From Thermoplasmatota archaeon (GTDB taxonomy: Archaea > Thermoplasmatota > Penumbrarchaeia > Penumbrarchaeales > Penumbrarchaeaceae): a DNA stretch of 64,000 nucleotides. The stretch lies in NCBI GenBank assembly GCA_025457865.1, contig JALOTP010000005.1:5596-69595 (forward strand), given 5' to 3'. The position numbers and the translations under genes were made by a program. Below, in pieces: positions 20,696 to 31,503 of the stretch. Position 1 is the first letter of the stretch, and every line of letters begins with the position of its first letter. The notes beneath the pieces are model-generated. The model ran no database searches and was not told where the DNA came from. It saw only the letters and a program-made list of their open reading frames with translations.

Positions 20696-20819
20696 AATAG
20701 GTCCACCGTCACCTCAAGGGAGGACCCGGTCTTAAGTCTTTTTCTGTTGGGGTGTTCAAGGTAACGCGCGATCATCTTTATTCAAAGCCCAACGATTAGT
20801 TTAGGGGTAATGATCGATA

Positions 20820-21764
20820 TCATTCCCTGATCCCTTCCTCCATTATGGAGAAGACAGCCTCTCCTTCTGGGAGGTTCGGGGAATCGATCAGTCGTGCGAT
20901 CCTTCTGTTCCCCTTGGATTTTCTAAGATATACCCTAAAGGTGGATGAATGGGCAAGGACGTGACCGCCGATAGCCCGTGTGGGATCTCCGAAGAACGCA
21001 TCAGGCTTTGATGAGACCTGGTTCGTCACTGCCACCACGGCCTTGTTGATATCCGCGAATTGCATGATAGAATGAAGGTGTTTGTTCAACTTCTGCTGTC
21101 TCTCCGCAAGAGACCCTCTCCCTATGTACTCGGCCCTGAAATGTGAGGTAAGGGAATCCATTATCAGGAGCTTTATTGGGAATTCCTTGGTTATCTCCTT
21201 CGCTTTTTCTATCAGAAGCATCTGATGATGTGAGTTGAAGGCCCTAGCAACATGTATCGTCTTTAGAACCTCGTTCGGGTCCAAGTCCAAACCATTGGCC
21301 ATCTGGATTATCCTCTCGGGTCGGAAGGTGTTCTCGGTATCGATGAAGACCGTATGCCCTGAAAGACCCCCCTCATCCTCGCCCCTCGTGATGTTCACAC
21401 AAAGTTGGTGGGTGATCTGCGTCTTTCCTGATCCGAACTCGCCGTAGAACTCGGTGATTGCGCAAGTCTCTAGACCGCCACCGAGAAGGGTATCTAGGGC
21501 TTTTGATCCCGTGGTCACCTTGAACGCGGCATTCCTCTGCTCCATTATCACATCCCCCGTAAGGAAACCCCCAACATCGGCGAGTTTCTTTGCGGCAGCA
21601 ATGATCTTGTTCGCTGTCGCTTCACCGATCTCGGCCGCCTCTATCAGGGCGGAGGGGGATGAGACCGCTATGGACATAAGATCGTCGAAGCCCGCTTCTC
21701 TTAGTTTCTCTGCTGTTGCTGGCCCTACACCCGGAAGCTCTTCGACTGATTTTTCATCGTTCAT
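20820..21764 (-). CDS. radA: DNA repair and recombination protein RadA
   Basis: The 314-aa product has an N-terminal HhH region ([17 protein letters not shown]), Walker [10 protein letters not shown] and a RecA-fold core. Confidence 0.95.
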   Translation of the reverse strand: MNDEKSVEELPGVGPATAEKLREAGFDDLMSIAVSSPSALIEAAEIGEATANKIIAAAKKLADVGGFLTGDVIMEQRNAAFKVTTGSKALDTLLGGGLETCAITEFYGEFGSGKTQITHQLCVNITRGEDEGGLSGHTVFIDTENTFRPERIIQMANGLDLDPNEVLKTIHVARAFNSHHQMLLIEKAKEITKEFPIKLLIMDSLTSHFRAEYIGRGSLAERQQKLNKHLHSIMQFADINKAVVAVTNQVSSKPDAFFGDPTRAIGGHVLAHSSTFRVYLRKSKGNRRIARLIDSPNLPEGEAVFSIMEEGIRE

Positions 21765-21853
21765 TCGATCACCTATTAGGGATTAGCCGACCTGCTGTGG
21801 AAAGATATAAACCTTGGGAGGGAGGGGGGAATTGCGAAAGTGACGCTATTTGC

Positions 21854-22912
21854 TCAGACCCCTGAAAGGAACTCGTCCACAAGAGGCAGATAATCAAGGT
21901 GTTTGAAGGTGGTCGTATCCTTTGGCGAGAACAGGCGGATCATGGGCTCTCCCCTGACCCTGCAGAACTTGTTCATGGCCGTTGTATACTTGTCGCGGCT
22001 CTCGGAGAACTGACGGAAATCCTGGAATAGGGACAGTGAGACGGTCTCGTAATTGCCGTAGACCGAGAAGAAGCTCGGTAGGTTGAGGTGCTGGATATCA
22101 GGAGCCGAACGGGTCGATCCCTTGAATTTGTCGTAATGTGCCTCGACAAGGCAGAGTATATCGAATCCTATCTTCGTATAGTCTATCACTCGCAGCTTCT
22201 TTATGACATTGAGCTCCAAGAGTTCTTTCTTATGTCGGGCGACCGCTTGTCTGGTCGTATCGAGCATATTTGCGATCTTGTTATCAGGCAGGTCGGGGTA
22301 CTGGAGCAGACCTTTCATGATCACCTTTTCCTTCTTGGTGAGGTGGTAAACCTTCTCCCTTGTGAGCTCAGGGTCCGGGGCCTTTTGCGCCCGCCCAGTT
22401 TCCTTGCTATCGAGGTCGAAGATACGTTCGAGCACGGTGGTATAATCGAAGTTCTTGTTGACCTTGGAGAGGGTCAGCGGATAGAGAGTGGTATGGATCT
22501 GGTCCACATCAAGAAGGTCCTTGTCCGAAAGAGCGGTCATGATCCCATGGTCGACCTTTCTGTAGGATGTGTAATCCTTATTGAGCGAGATATAGAATAA
22601 CGTATCCCCCAATATCTGGGAAGAGTATATGCTCGGCCATCGACCAAAGGCATCCGTCATGCCATCCGTCTCTTTTTTCGTCATCGTTGGAACGTTCATG
22701 GGTGCCCAGGTAATGGAAAGGAGCTCGTACCCCATCACTTCGATATTTGGAACTATCCTGTCGGTTATTAGTCCCATCCTCTTCATCTTGTTCTTTATGG
22801 CGTTCAATGTGGACATGCGTACCCCGACAAGCTCGGATAGCTGCCTGTCGTTCAGCATCGGAAATTTGACGAGACCCCAAAGGATCATCTTTTCATTGCG
22901 CGATAACTTCAT
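21854..22912 (-). CDS. Putative transcriptional regulator with two tandem winged-helix modules
   Basis: An internal duplication is visible. One module is LSRNEKMILWGLVKFPMLNDRQLSELVGVRMSTLNAIKNKMKRMGLI and the other is LTKKEKVIMKGLLQYPDLPDNKIANMLDTTRQAVARHKKELLELNVI. Confidence 0.55.
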   Translation of the reverse strand: MKLSRNEKMILWGLVKFPMLNDRQLSELVGVRMSTLNAIKNKMKRMGLITDRIVPNIEVMGYELLSITWAPMNVPTMTKKETDGMTDAFGRWPSIYSSQILGDTLFYISLNKDYTSYRKVDHGIMTALSDKDLLDVDQIHTTLYPLTLSKVNKNFDYTTVLERIFDLDSKETGRAQKAPDPELTREKVYHLTKKEKVIMKGLLQYPDLPDNKIANMLDTTRQAVARHKKELLELNVIKKLRVIDYTKIGFDILCLVEAHYDKFKGSTRSAPDIQHLNLPSFFSVYGNYETVSLSLFQDFRQFSESRDKYTTAMNKFCRVRGEPMIRLFSPKDTTTFKHLDYLPLVDEFLSGV

Positions 22913-23088
22913 AGGAGGAACTGCTCCGGTAGGTCAACCAGTAGTCATGCCCTTAGAGGTAATAAACCTTCCTGATTTTTATATAATATCTGTCAAGTAT
23001 TGATATTTTATCCGCAGCAAGTGTCCCAAATCACAGTTCATGTAAGAAATTCAGAATAAAATGTAATATCTGGTCTATCAGACGATAT

Positions 23089-24012
23089 CTACCTGGTCTG
23101 CTCGAGCAACTCCCCTAAACCCTTGAGCTGCGCTCTGATCACATCATCGTCTGCTACTTGGGTCTCGTTCTCGGGGACTATCCTTATCCCCATATCGCCC
23201 TTCAATGTACCCTCGATTATCGTATCGGAAGTGGTCGTTATCGCCCTTCCTGCAAGGCTTCCCGATATCCTTGCGGCATGATGTACGATGATATCTTGAT
23301 AGGAACGGACATTACCATTTATCACGGTGTCCTCGCCTAGATATATACTCCCCTTCGAGATGATATCGCCGAAGACCTGAGTCTCCCTCTCCATCTCAAG
23401 CTTGCCCCCCGATTCGATGTTGCCGACGAGATGACAACCTGGTCCGATTCGCAGGTCCCCTGGAACAAAGATGCCATCCTTGAGGATACGGCTTCCCCTG
23501 GGGAAATATATGAACTCCCGGGATATCAGAAGCTCTTCTTCCGCCCCAGATTCGAGCTCTTTGAGGAAATCCTCCACACCCTTCTCATCTCCTTTTCTTA
23601 CAAGGTCGAGCAGATAAAGGAAGATGTAGATCAGCACCGATATCGGGTTCCTGATGCTAACGTGTCCTTTCGATTCAATGGCTTTTGGGTCGATCTGGAC
23701 CCCTTCACCAATTTCCATATTTGCGCCAACGACAAGTTCTCCGACAATGGTGCATCGTTCGCCGATGTATACGTCATTATCCCCTGTGATGTTACCGTTC
23801 ACCCTCGTTCCCTTGTCCACCCTGATATCGCCGATGGAGATAAGGTTCCCATCAATCTCAGCGTGCTCCCCGATGAATATCCTACCCTCCGTTATCACAT
23901 TCCTTGAAAACTTGCACCTATCGGATATTATCAGGTCCCCTTTGCCTCGGAGGGTCTTCTCCTCCACCAAGGTTCCCTTGGGTATGTGGCAGATATTCCG
24001 ATCGAACACCAT
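23089..24012 (-). CDS. Bactofilin-like (polymer-forming beta-helix) protein with two repeat blocks flanking a hydrophobic helix
   Basis: The sequence repeats GxxxIxGxxxxxGDIxV-type turns, for example IFIGEHAEIDGNLISIGDIRVDKGTRVNGNITG and VFGDIISKGSIYLGEDTVINGNVRS. The central hydrophobic segment is PISVLIYIFLYLLDLV. Confidence 0.55.
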   Translation of the reverse strand: MVFDRNICHIPKGTLVEEKTLRGKGDLIISDRCKFSRNVITEGRIFIGEHAEIDGNLISIGDIRVDKGTRVNGNITGDNDVYIGERCTIVGELVVGANMEIGEGVQIDPKAIESKGHVSIRNPISVLIYIFLYLLDLVRKGDEKGVEDFLKELESGAEEELLISREFIYFPRGSRILKDGIFVPGDLRIGPGCHLVGNIESGGKLEMERETQVFGDIISKGSIYLGEDTVINGNVRSYQDIIVHHAARISGSLAGRAITTTSDTIIEGTLKGDMGIRIVPENETQVADDDVIRAQLKGLGELLEQTR

Positions 24013-24149
24013 GAAAGCGTCCCATTCCCCGTGACGATGATATCATGTATAAGGGAATAAATATAGCTTTTGTTCTTTTTGTTGAGCTGATATCGTGTAA
24101 AATGGGAAAGAGATCGGCTTTCTATGGTGGAGTATCGAACAATAGGGGA

Positions 24150-24608
24150 TCAGATGTCCAATAGGACCCTGGCCTTCCAAGCCCCATCCGTTGTCTCGAA
24201 GGAGGTGCCATGACGGGTTACTGCCTTGACCTCCATCCCCTGCTTTTCCGGTACTATGGAGACCTTGTACATCTTCCCCCTCATTGACATTTCCTTTTTA
24301 GGGTTGGAAGGGTCATCGAGGAGAACGAATTCCGGCAATAGTACGATATCACTGGCAGAATCAAGGAGGAAAAGGACCTCTGTAAGCATCAGTACCAGCA
24401 GTTCCTCATTGGACGTCGATGTGAAAGAGAGGTCCACTGGTCCTATGTCCTCTTCAAGGACATAGGCCTCAGAGATGGTCCCATAGAGCCCTGCTACCAT
24501 TCTTGATAGCACCTCTTGAGCGGAATTACCTCTGGCCGAGATCCATATATCGGCAGTATGGTCCCCGAACTCGAAGGAGCCCATATCGGGCTTGTAAACC
24601 GGACACAT
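24150..24608 (-). CDS. Archease
   Basis: The 152-aa product has FEFGDHTADIWISARGNS...EVKAVTRHG...WKARVLLDI, the archease pattern. Confidence 0.8.
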   Translation of the reverse strand: MCPVYKPDMGSFEFGDHTADIWISARGNSAQEVLSRMVAGLYGTISEAYVLEEDIGPVDLSFTSTSNEELLVLMLTEVLFLLDSASDIVLLPEFVLLDDPSNPKKEMSMRGKMYKVSIVPEKQGMEVKAVTRHGTSFETTDGAWKARVLLDI

Positions 24609-24748
24609 GGGTCAGGAGTAACCCACAAAGGATAAAAAATATGCCATATGGGGTCCGAGCTGGGGTATCGTCAAGTATTTAGAGCTACATGCCAATCTTG
24701 TTCGCAAGGTCAGACTATTGAGAAAGAACGATATCTGGAGCGATTCGA

Positions 24749-25801
24749 TTGAGGCTGCTTGATAGGGATTACCAGGGTAACCGGGTCAGGTTAAGGGTCG
24801 ATGGTGTGGATGACCTCTGGTTCCTTGAAAAGCTTCTCTTGCCAGGGACCGTTCTGGGCTCCGAAACGCAGCGTCGGTTGGACCCAAAGCCCGATAAATT
24901 AAGACCAGACCGGACCGAACGTATCAGGGTATTCCTCCAGATAGGGGTCGAGGCAACCGAGTTCCAGGAGTTCAGGGATGTCCTTCGGGTCAAGGGAAGG
25001 ATCTTGGAGGGCCCTCCCGGGGTGGAAGGCCACCATACATTGGCCATTGGACCGGGAACGGTCCTGGAACTGACCTTTCCCGCCCTGACGGGGGTGGAAA
25101 TGGGAATAATCGATGAAGCGGTTGGAAGGTCATACGCACCCAAGGCACTGGCAGTTTACGTGGATGATAGGACCGAGCAGCTCTTCAGGCTCCACGACTA
25201 CGGGATAGAGGAACTTGGGTCCTCTGCTGAGGTCACTACCGGAAAGATGTTCGATGGTGGGACCTTGAACGGTCCTGCAAGGTTTGCCGAGATCACGACC
25301 ATGATAAAAGCGTACATCCAGAGCGATACACCCGTGGTCATAGTCGGTCCTGGGTTCTTCAAAGAGCTCCTTGGGACCCACTTGCGGAGCGAGCTTGGTA
25401 TTCCCCCGTCGCGATTTATAATGGCACCATCCTCCTCCAGCGGGAAGGGGGCTATCTTGGAGGTCATGACAAATTCCAAAGGCATCCCAGGCCTTCTTGG
25501 AACGCTGAGGTTATCACAGGAGATGGAACTCCTTAGGGATTTGATGGAAAGGATAGGGACTGGAGGTCTGGCAACTTATGGCAGGTCCGAGGTCCTGAGG
25601 TGTCTGGAGACCGGTGCGGTCGAACATCTACTGCTCTCTGAGGAACGGTTCGGCGAGGAAAGGGGCGGTCCTGTCATGGAGCGATGTCTCAGTACCGGTG
25701 CAAGGAGCACCATCATATCCGTAAGACATGAACCAGGTCGGATGTTCGCCCATATGGGTGGTATTGCAGCGTTGCTGCGATACCGAACGAACCCTATATG
25801 A
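24749..25801 (+). CDS. pelA: mRNA surveillance protein Pelota
   Basis: The 350-aa product begins at a TTG start. It has VRLRVDGVDDLWFLEKLLLPGTVLGSETQRR at the N-terminus and an eRF1-like C-terminal domain (TYGRSEVLRCLETGAVEHLLLSE). Confidence 0.85.
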   Translation: MRLLDRDYQGNRVRLRVDGVDDLWFLEKLLLPGTVLGSETQRRLDPKPDKLRPDRTERIRVFLQIGVEATEFQEFRDVLRVKGRILEGPPGVEGHHTLAIGPGTVLELTFPALTGVEMGIIDEAVGRSYAPKALAVYVDDRTEQLFRLHDYGIEELGSSAEVTTGKMFDGGTLNGPARFAEITTMIKAYIQSDTPVVIVGPGFFKELLGTHLRSELGIPPSRFIMAPSSSSGKGAILEVMTNSKGIPGLLGTLRLSQEMELLRDLMERIGTGGLATYGRSEVLRCLETGAVEHLLLSEERFGEERGGPVMERCLSTGARSTIISVRHEPGRMFAHMGGIAALLRYRTNPI

Positions 25802-25869
25802 AACGATACTGCCATCCCCGCGAAAAAGCATAATTTTAATTAACACCTCCCACATCGACCGTTCGGTGC

Positions 25870-26817
25870 ATGCTCATGAGGATACTTATCACCGATGGAT
25901 TGGCCAAGGATGCTGTGAAGATGCTGGAGTCAGCTGGACATGAGATCGTGATGGATGAGGTCACACCCGAACGGCTGCTAGAGGTCGCCGGGGATTACGA
26001 CTGCATAATAGTCCGGTCCAGGTCCAAGATAACGAGGGCCGTTATCGAAAAGGGTTCCAAATTGAAAGTCTTAGCAAGAGCCGGGATAGGGGTCGACAAC
26101 GTGGACCTTAAGGCTGCCACTGAAAAGGGGATCAAGGTCGTGAACGCTCCGTTGGGGAGCACGATCTCTGTGGCAGAGCTGGCATTCGGTCACATGCTTG
26201 ACCTATCGCGTGGTATTACAAAAGGGACTGCGGCCCTAAAGCAGGGCAAGTGGTTGAAAAAGGAACTGAAAGGGTTCGAGCTGGAAGGTAAGACTGTAGG
26301 AATAATCGGATGCGGCCGTATCGGTCAGGCCCTTTCAGCAAGGTGCAAGGCCTTCGGTATGAAAGTGAAGGGGTTCGATCCATACCTTTCCCAGGAATCC
26401 GCGAAGAACGCGGGGATAGACCTGCTGAACCTCGATGACCTGTTGAAAGTTTCGGATTATATCTCCCTTCATGTTGCCCTCACCGATTCGACAAGGAAAA
26501 TGCTGAGCGCTCCGCAGTTCGCAATAATGAAGAAGAGCGCTTATCTGATCAATTGCGCAAGGGGAGGCGTGGTCGATGAGGACGCCCTCTATAACGCATT
26601 GAAGGAAGGTAGACTGGGCGGAGCAGGCCTTGATGTGTTCGAAACGGAACCGCCAGTGAACCCAAAGCTCATCGAACTTGACAATGTCACATTCACACCG
26701 CACATAGGCGCGAACACTAAAGAGGCACAGGACAAAGCAGGGGTCCAGGTAGCAGAACAGGTTTTGCTCTGCTTCTCGGGCAAGGAACCCGAGTTCTGGG
26801 TGAACAGACCCAAATGA
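25870..26817 (+). CDS. D-isomer-specific 2-hydroxyacid dehydrogenase (SerA-like, no ACT domain)
   Basis: The NAD-binding motif is GKTVGIIGCGRIGQALSARCKAFGMKV. The catalytic region reads LINCARGGVVDE...TPHIGA. Confidence 0.8.
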   Translation: MLMRILITDGLAKDAVKMLESAGHEIVMDEVTPERLLEVAGDYDCIIVRSRSKITRAVIEKGSKLKVLARAGIGVDNVDLKAATEKGIKVVNAPLGSTISVAELAFGHMLDLSRGITKGTAALKQGKWLKKELKGFELEGKTVGIIGCGRIGQALSARCKAFGMKVKGFDPYLSQESAKNAGIDLLNLDDLLKVSDYISLHVALTDSTRKMLSAPQFAIMKKSAYLINCARGGVVDEDALYNALKEGRLGGAGLDVFETEPPVNPKLIELDNVTFTPHIGANTKEAQDKAGVQVAEQVLLCFSGKEPEFWVNRPK

Positions 26818-26822
26818 CCTCA

Positions 26823-27974
26823 CTATGAGAGGGACCTGTAAAGGTCCTCGAGCTCGGAAATGTGATCCTCTATCGTGTAGAGGTTACTATCTATCCTCAC
26901 AGACCTGATATCTTCAAGACCTGGCAGGTCATCGCCCCCGGTATAGGTTCGGCCAGTACCGGATCGTGAAATGAACATCTGCATAGACCTGGTCGGTGGT
27001 ACCAGGAGGCAAAGACCAGCTGCCAGATAATCGAACAGTTTATTTGGGAGCATCGTGTCCATGTACCCCCGATCGGCCCCGTACGGCAAAAAAGGGATCA
27101 GACCAGCATCATAGCGCGTGAGCACCGACATGAGCTCATCATGGGGAAGACTGCCTTCGAAATGATACCGTTTCAATCTTTTCTGAGGGGCTTTGAATAA
27201 CTTTAAGGTCCGTTCATCGCCCATTCCGTGGATATGGATGTGAACTCCCTTCCTCGCTATGTCCATGAAGAGCTGCAGCATGCGGCCCCTGTATCCGTCT
27301 GAAGATAGCACCCCTTCATAGACGATATGCAACTCCCCGTCAGTATCGGACAGCTTTTCTAAATGGGGCTTTAGGTCAGAACGCATAGCATAATTGTAGA
27401 AGAGGACCGAACCTTTTTGGGAAATTCCGTACTTCTTTTGTGCCAGCTCCCTGGTGTGTTCGGAGACATATACACGAGCGTCGCTATTAAGGGTGGCCTC
27501 CCTTTCTAAGGAGATGAGGCGTTCATAGATCGTTCGGAGAGCAAGCCATTTGATAGGAGGTATACCAAGCGCCCAAGGTGGTAGGTAATTACCTAACTGG
27601 ATATCCCGTTCGAACGCTGTGACCATATCGCGAACATCATAGACCTTGGGGATACGGGCATACCTTGATACCGCTACCGCCAGTACATCTGGCATACTGC
27701 ATGTGTGGACGATATCATGCTCCTTCGACCATGTTTCTTTCTCTACCAACTTCCTATAATACTGGGGAAAGAGCGTTGTTCGGAACTGATAGAGAGGATG
27801 GTGGGAGGTCCTTAAAAGCTCGAATCTCTTCCATCCATCCCCGATATCCGTGAGGTCTATGGAACCCCCTTTCCCCTGATATAGCAATGAGACCTCGTGT
27901 CCCCTGTCGCTTAAGGCCCTCATCTGCCTGTAGGTCCTCATCGAGAGGGCAGGAGTTAGGCAGAGGATGCGCAT
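26823..27974 (-). CDS. Glycosyltransferase (GT-B fold, GT4-like)
   Basis: The product begins MRILCLTP. The C-terminal LPNKLFDYLAAGLCLLVP resembles the donor-binding helix of GT1/GT4 enzymes. Confidence 0.6.
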   Translation of the reverse strand: MRILCLTPALSMRTYRQMRALSDRGHEVSLLYQGKGGSIDLTDIGDGWKRFELLRTSHHPLYQFRTTLFPQYYRKLVEKETWSKEHDIVHTCSMPDVLAVAVSRYARIPKVYDVRDMVTAFERDIQLGNYLPPWALGIPPIKWLALRTIYERLISLEREATLNSDARVYVSEHTRELAQKKYGISQKGSVLFYNYAMRSDLKPHLEKLSDTDGELHIVYEGVLSSDGYRGRMLQLFMDIARKGVHIHIHGMGDERTLKLFKAPQKRLKRYHFEGSLPHDELMSVLTRYDAGLIPFLPYGADRGYMDTMLPNKLFDYLAAGLCLLVPPTRSMQMFISRSGTGRTYTGGDDLPGLEDIRSVRIDSNLYTIEDHISELEDLYRSLS

Positions 27975-28041
27975 GCTCCATCATCCTGTGGTCACTATAT
28001 TAATTGATAGACAGACCTTTCCGACTGGAATGACCATCCCA

Positions 28042-29562
28042 CTATCGGTCCCTTTCGAATAATTCCATTGTTATGTAATTCATCATCTTCTTAATGTCCA
28101 TCGTATTCATGATGAAAGAAATGTCCTTTTTTGTCAATCCTTTGATAACAACGAGTATCACTATGAACGATAGGAGGGACAGAGCTGCGAACCCGATAAG
28201 CTCGTAGAACCTAGTTATTTCAAACAAAAGTTCCTGGAACAGGAAAAGTGTACATGCCGATATCCCTCCCGCGACGAGGTATCTAATCACGATGGTATTG
28301 ACCCCTATCTTGACAAGTCTGTGGGAAAGGGCCCTAGTCAGGATGTAATTGATGATGGCTGATATGAAGGTCGCAATCGCTGCCCCCACTGGCCCTAGCC
28401 CAAGGAGTCGTATGCCCAGGAAAGAGTCCGGAATGAATATGATGTTGAAGAAAACGTTCAACGGGACATATATCAGGGTCAGGAACAACGCATACGAGGT
28501 CTTATTGAAGCTCACGAAATGCGCGACATAGGGTCGGGTCAAGGCCCTCATCGTAACCCACCCCATCAAGAAGAAGAACACCCCCGCGGATGTATCGTAG
28601 CTGACATCCGAAAATATCACTATGAACGGTTTGGAAAGCGCGGCAAGAGTGAACGTCAAAGGTATAATGAAAAGGGATAGGTACTTCTCCGCCACCCTTG
28701 TCAGACGTTTGACTGTGCCAATGGAACCTATTGCTATCAAGGATGAAAAGGTCGGGAAGAGTATGTTCGTTACGACGGCTGTAAGCTCGTCTGGTAATTG
28801 TGCGAACTTCTGGGCGTTCCAGTAGATGGCAACATCTGCGTTCTCCCAGAAGAACTTGATCATGATCTTATCTATGAAAGCCACTATGGGGGCGGCGGTG
28901 ACGGTAATCATAAGCGGTAATCCGAACTTGGTATACTCCATGAAAAGGGACCAGGATGGTCTCTTTATGCGGATTCCCCGGAGAAGGAAAAAAGATACGG
29001 AGAATAGGACGATCGCTCCCGCAACATAGGTCAGGGATAGGGCGTAGACATCATTGTAATGCAATACAAGGACGATCGTAAGGGCGGATTGGACGAAAGT
29101 TGATAGGAGCAGTCCCAATTCGGCCTTGGCCACCAACTGTTTTCCCATAAAAGTGTTCATCGGTATCTGGGCCAGGTTCGTAAGGACGTACCAAAAGAGG
29201 AGGATGTATATGACCGGTCGGTCGTAGGCCGATTCGAAACCTTCCTTGGGATAGACCCCTTGATAGAACCAGATGGATAACAATATCAGGATCACTGTGG
29301 CGCTCAAGAGCACAACTTTTATGGTCAGATAAGTTCCAATGCAGGTTCCAAGGTCCTTACCCTCTGAAACCTTCTTGATGTGGGCTGTGGAATACCCTAG
29401 GTCCGCAAAGAGCCCCATCATGCCGATATAGGCCAGGGCGAATCCTATGGACCCGACATATCCTTGAAGGATGTGATTGGCGATGAAATACCAGCTGATA
29501 TACCCCATAAGGCTCATGAGCACCTTTGAGCCCATCATGAGAAAGGTCTTCCTGGCAAGCAT
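28042..29562 (-). CDS. Polysaccharide/oligosaccharide flippase (MOP/Wzx-like)
   Basis: The 506-aa product is hydrophobic throughout, with at least 12 predicted helices. It lies inside a glycan gene cluster. Confidence 0.75.
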   Translation of the reverse strand: MLARKTFLMMGSKVLMSLMGYISWYFIANHILQGYVGSIGFALAYIGMMGLFADLGYSTAHIKKVSEGKDLGTCIGTYLTIKVVLLSATVILILLSIWFYQGVYPKEGFESAYDRPVIYILLFWYVLTNLAQIPMNTFMGKQLVAKAELGLLLSTFVQSALTIVLVLHYNDVYALSLTYVAGAIVLFSVSFFLLRGIRIKRPSWSLFMEYTKFGLPLMITVTAAPIVAFIDKIMIKFFWENADVAIYWNAQKFAQLPDELTAVVTNILFPTFSSLIAIGSIGTVKRLTRVAEKYLSLFIIPLTFTLAALSKPFIVIFSDVSYDTSAGVFFFLMGWVTMRALTRPYVAHFVSFNKTSYALFLTLIYVPLNVFFNIIFIPDSFLGIRLLGLGPVGAAIATFISAIINYILTRALSHRLVKIGVNTIVIRYLVAGGISACTLFLFQELLFEITRFYELIGFAALSLLSFIVILVVIKGLTKKDISFIMNTMDIKKMMNYITMELFERDR

Positions 29563-29629
29563 CTAAGTCCAGTCTATACCAAAACTGAGGTGATTATTTA
29601 ATCATTCTCGTGTACTATATAAATGCTAG

Positions 29630-30733
29630 CTAGTATAGTTGGGCTATCACTCTTTTATAATGTGCCATCATTTTCTTTGATTCATCATTCCAATTGAATT
29701 TATCATAAACAAGGTTGATATTGTTATCTCTTATCATTTCTCGGTTATATTTACCATTCATCGCCCGGTTTAATAATCCGCTGAGGGATTCATAATCATT
29801 ACCATTAAAAACAAAACCGTTTTTATCCTCCACGATCAGTCCTTTATACGATTGGATATCACTCACAATAGGAATCACACCACAAGCCATGGACTCTAAC
29901 AGAGCTGCAGAGATCTGGTCATAAAGCGGTATTCCAATATAAAAGTCACTAGAATTATAATATCCGAGCATCCGCTCCTGCGATACTGTATCCTCAATGA
30001 AGATGATTTGAATAGGGTCTTTATCTATGATATTTTGAATAGACTTTTTCCTTTCATTAGAAGCATACCCCGCGAGGAGTATTAAATAGATTGTTTTATG
30101 AGTTCTTTTTAAAAGATTGAATGCTTGTATTATCAGCTCCGGCCTATAGATGTCATTGATCCCCCTGGGAGCAATGAAAAAGGATCCAGTAAGTGGCAGT
30201 CCGAGTTCACCCCTCCATTTTGTTCTATCACCCCGTTTGAAAAAATCGACATCTATACCCCAGGTAAAACAATCTAATTTATTTTTTGTGAAAGGGAATT
30301 TATTTTCAACTATCGCTTTCATTTGTTCGGACACTGTGAGAACCAAATCGGCACGATCCAGGTTCTTTCTAGCAAATTCATATCCTGGTGTTCCTTCGAC
30401 CAACTTAAAGATATCCGATCCCCAAATGCTAACAAAAAAGGGACTGAAATTCAATCTATATGTTAAGTATTGTGAGGCGTAATGCAGATGGACGATATCT
30501 GGTCTCTCTCTTGAGACGATTGACTTGACCTTCAAAGAGTTCAACTGTGTGGTTATTGTCCAATACAAAGGATAGCTATGGTCATGAGGATTAGGCAATT
30601 TATAGACCTTTGCAGTGGTAATATTCGTTTCCTTGTCCGTTACCAGGACGACATCGTTACCATTAGATGACAACCAATCGCACCATCGTTCAATATGGAT
30701 ACTATTTCCAGGGGCGATCAGGAGTATTTTCAT
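29630..30733 (-). CDS. Glycosyltransferase family 4
   Basis: It begins MKILLIAPGNSIHIERW. ISAALLESMACGVIPIVSDI is an E-x7-E-type region. The gene is strongly AT-rich. Confidence 0.75.
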   Translation of the reverse strand: MKILLIAPGNSIHIERWCDWLSSNGNDVVLVTDKETNITTAKVYKLPNPHDHSYPLYWTITTQLNSLKVKSIVSRERPDIVHLHYASQYLTYRLNFSPFFVSIWGSDIFKLVEGTPGYEFARKNLDRADLVLTVSEQMKAIVENKFPFTKNKLDCFTWGIDVDFFKRGDRTKWRGELGLPLTGSFFIAPRGINDIYRPELIIQAFNLLKRTHKTIYLILLAGYASNERKKSIQNIIDKDPIQIIFIEDTVSQERMLGYYNSSDFYIGIPLYDQISAALLESMACGVIPIVSDIQSYKGLIVEDKNGFVFNGNDYESLSGLLNRAMNGKYNREMIRDNNINLVYDKFNWNDESKKMMAHYKRVIAQLY

Positions 30734-30846
30734 TTTTTCACACTCAAATCCAGATTTTTCGGGTTAGTTGATTCCAGAGCTAATATTTATTATATATATT
30801 CTGTTCAAAATTAATAATATAAAAAACACTTTTTTAAAGTTAGAAT

Positions 30847-31503
30847 TCATGATAGCACGCCCTTGATTTTTATGACCTTAGCCGGAATGCCTACCGCTGT
30901 TGAATATTCTGGGATATCGTTAATAACAACGGCCCCGGCACCGATTGTCGACCATTTTCCGATCGTTACATTTTGAATCAATTTTGCACCGGTTCCTAGC
31001 GTGACCCCAGTTCTTAAAATATTTCCACCATTTATAGCACATAATGGGTTAATATTGCAATAATCCTCAATAATGGCATCATGGCCTACGGTAGAGGATA
31101 GATTTAAAAAAACATGATTTCCGACAGTAATATTAACTGTCAATATGCAATTTGCAGTAATAACCGTTCCCTCTCCGATTTCAACGTTTTCGTTAATTTT
31201 CACACTCGGGTGAATTATCGTTTCGAACTTAATCGAATGTTCGGATAGTTTATCGACAATTTGTTTTTTTATATGGGGATCTCCTATACCTATGACATAT
31301 CTAATGTCTTCAGCTCTATTTTGAACTATCCAATCTGATCCACCGATTATTTGATAACCATTGATCGTGGTCCCATGCAACTTTTGATTATCGTCGAAGA
31401 AGCCGATTATATTAAATTTATCATCTATTAAATTGATATGTTCAACGACCATAATTGTTTCCCGTCCTAGTCCACCAGCTCCTATAACACCTAATTTAAT
31501 CAT
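30847..31503 (-). CDS. NeuD/PglD-family sugar N-acetyltransferase (left-handed beta-helix)
   Basis: The N-terminal Rossmann-like region is LGVIGAGGLGRE...IIGFFDDN. Hexapeptide repeats follow (VEIGEGTVITANCILTVNITVGNHVFLN...). The start overlaps the upstream aminotransferase stop by 4 nt. Confidence 0.8.
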   Translation of the reverse strand: MIKLGVIGAGGLGRETIMVVEHINLIDDKFNIIGFFDDNQKLHGTTINGYQIIGGSDWIVQNRAEDIRYVIGIGDPHIKKQIVDKLSEHSIKFETIIHPSVKINENVEIGEGTVITANCILTVNITVGNHVFLNLSSTVGHDAIIEDYCNINPLCAINGGNILRTGVTLGTGAKLIQNVTIGKWSTIGAGAVVINDIPEYSTAVGIPAKVIKIKGVLS

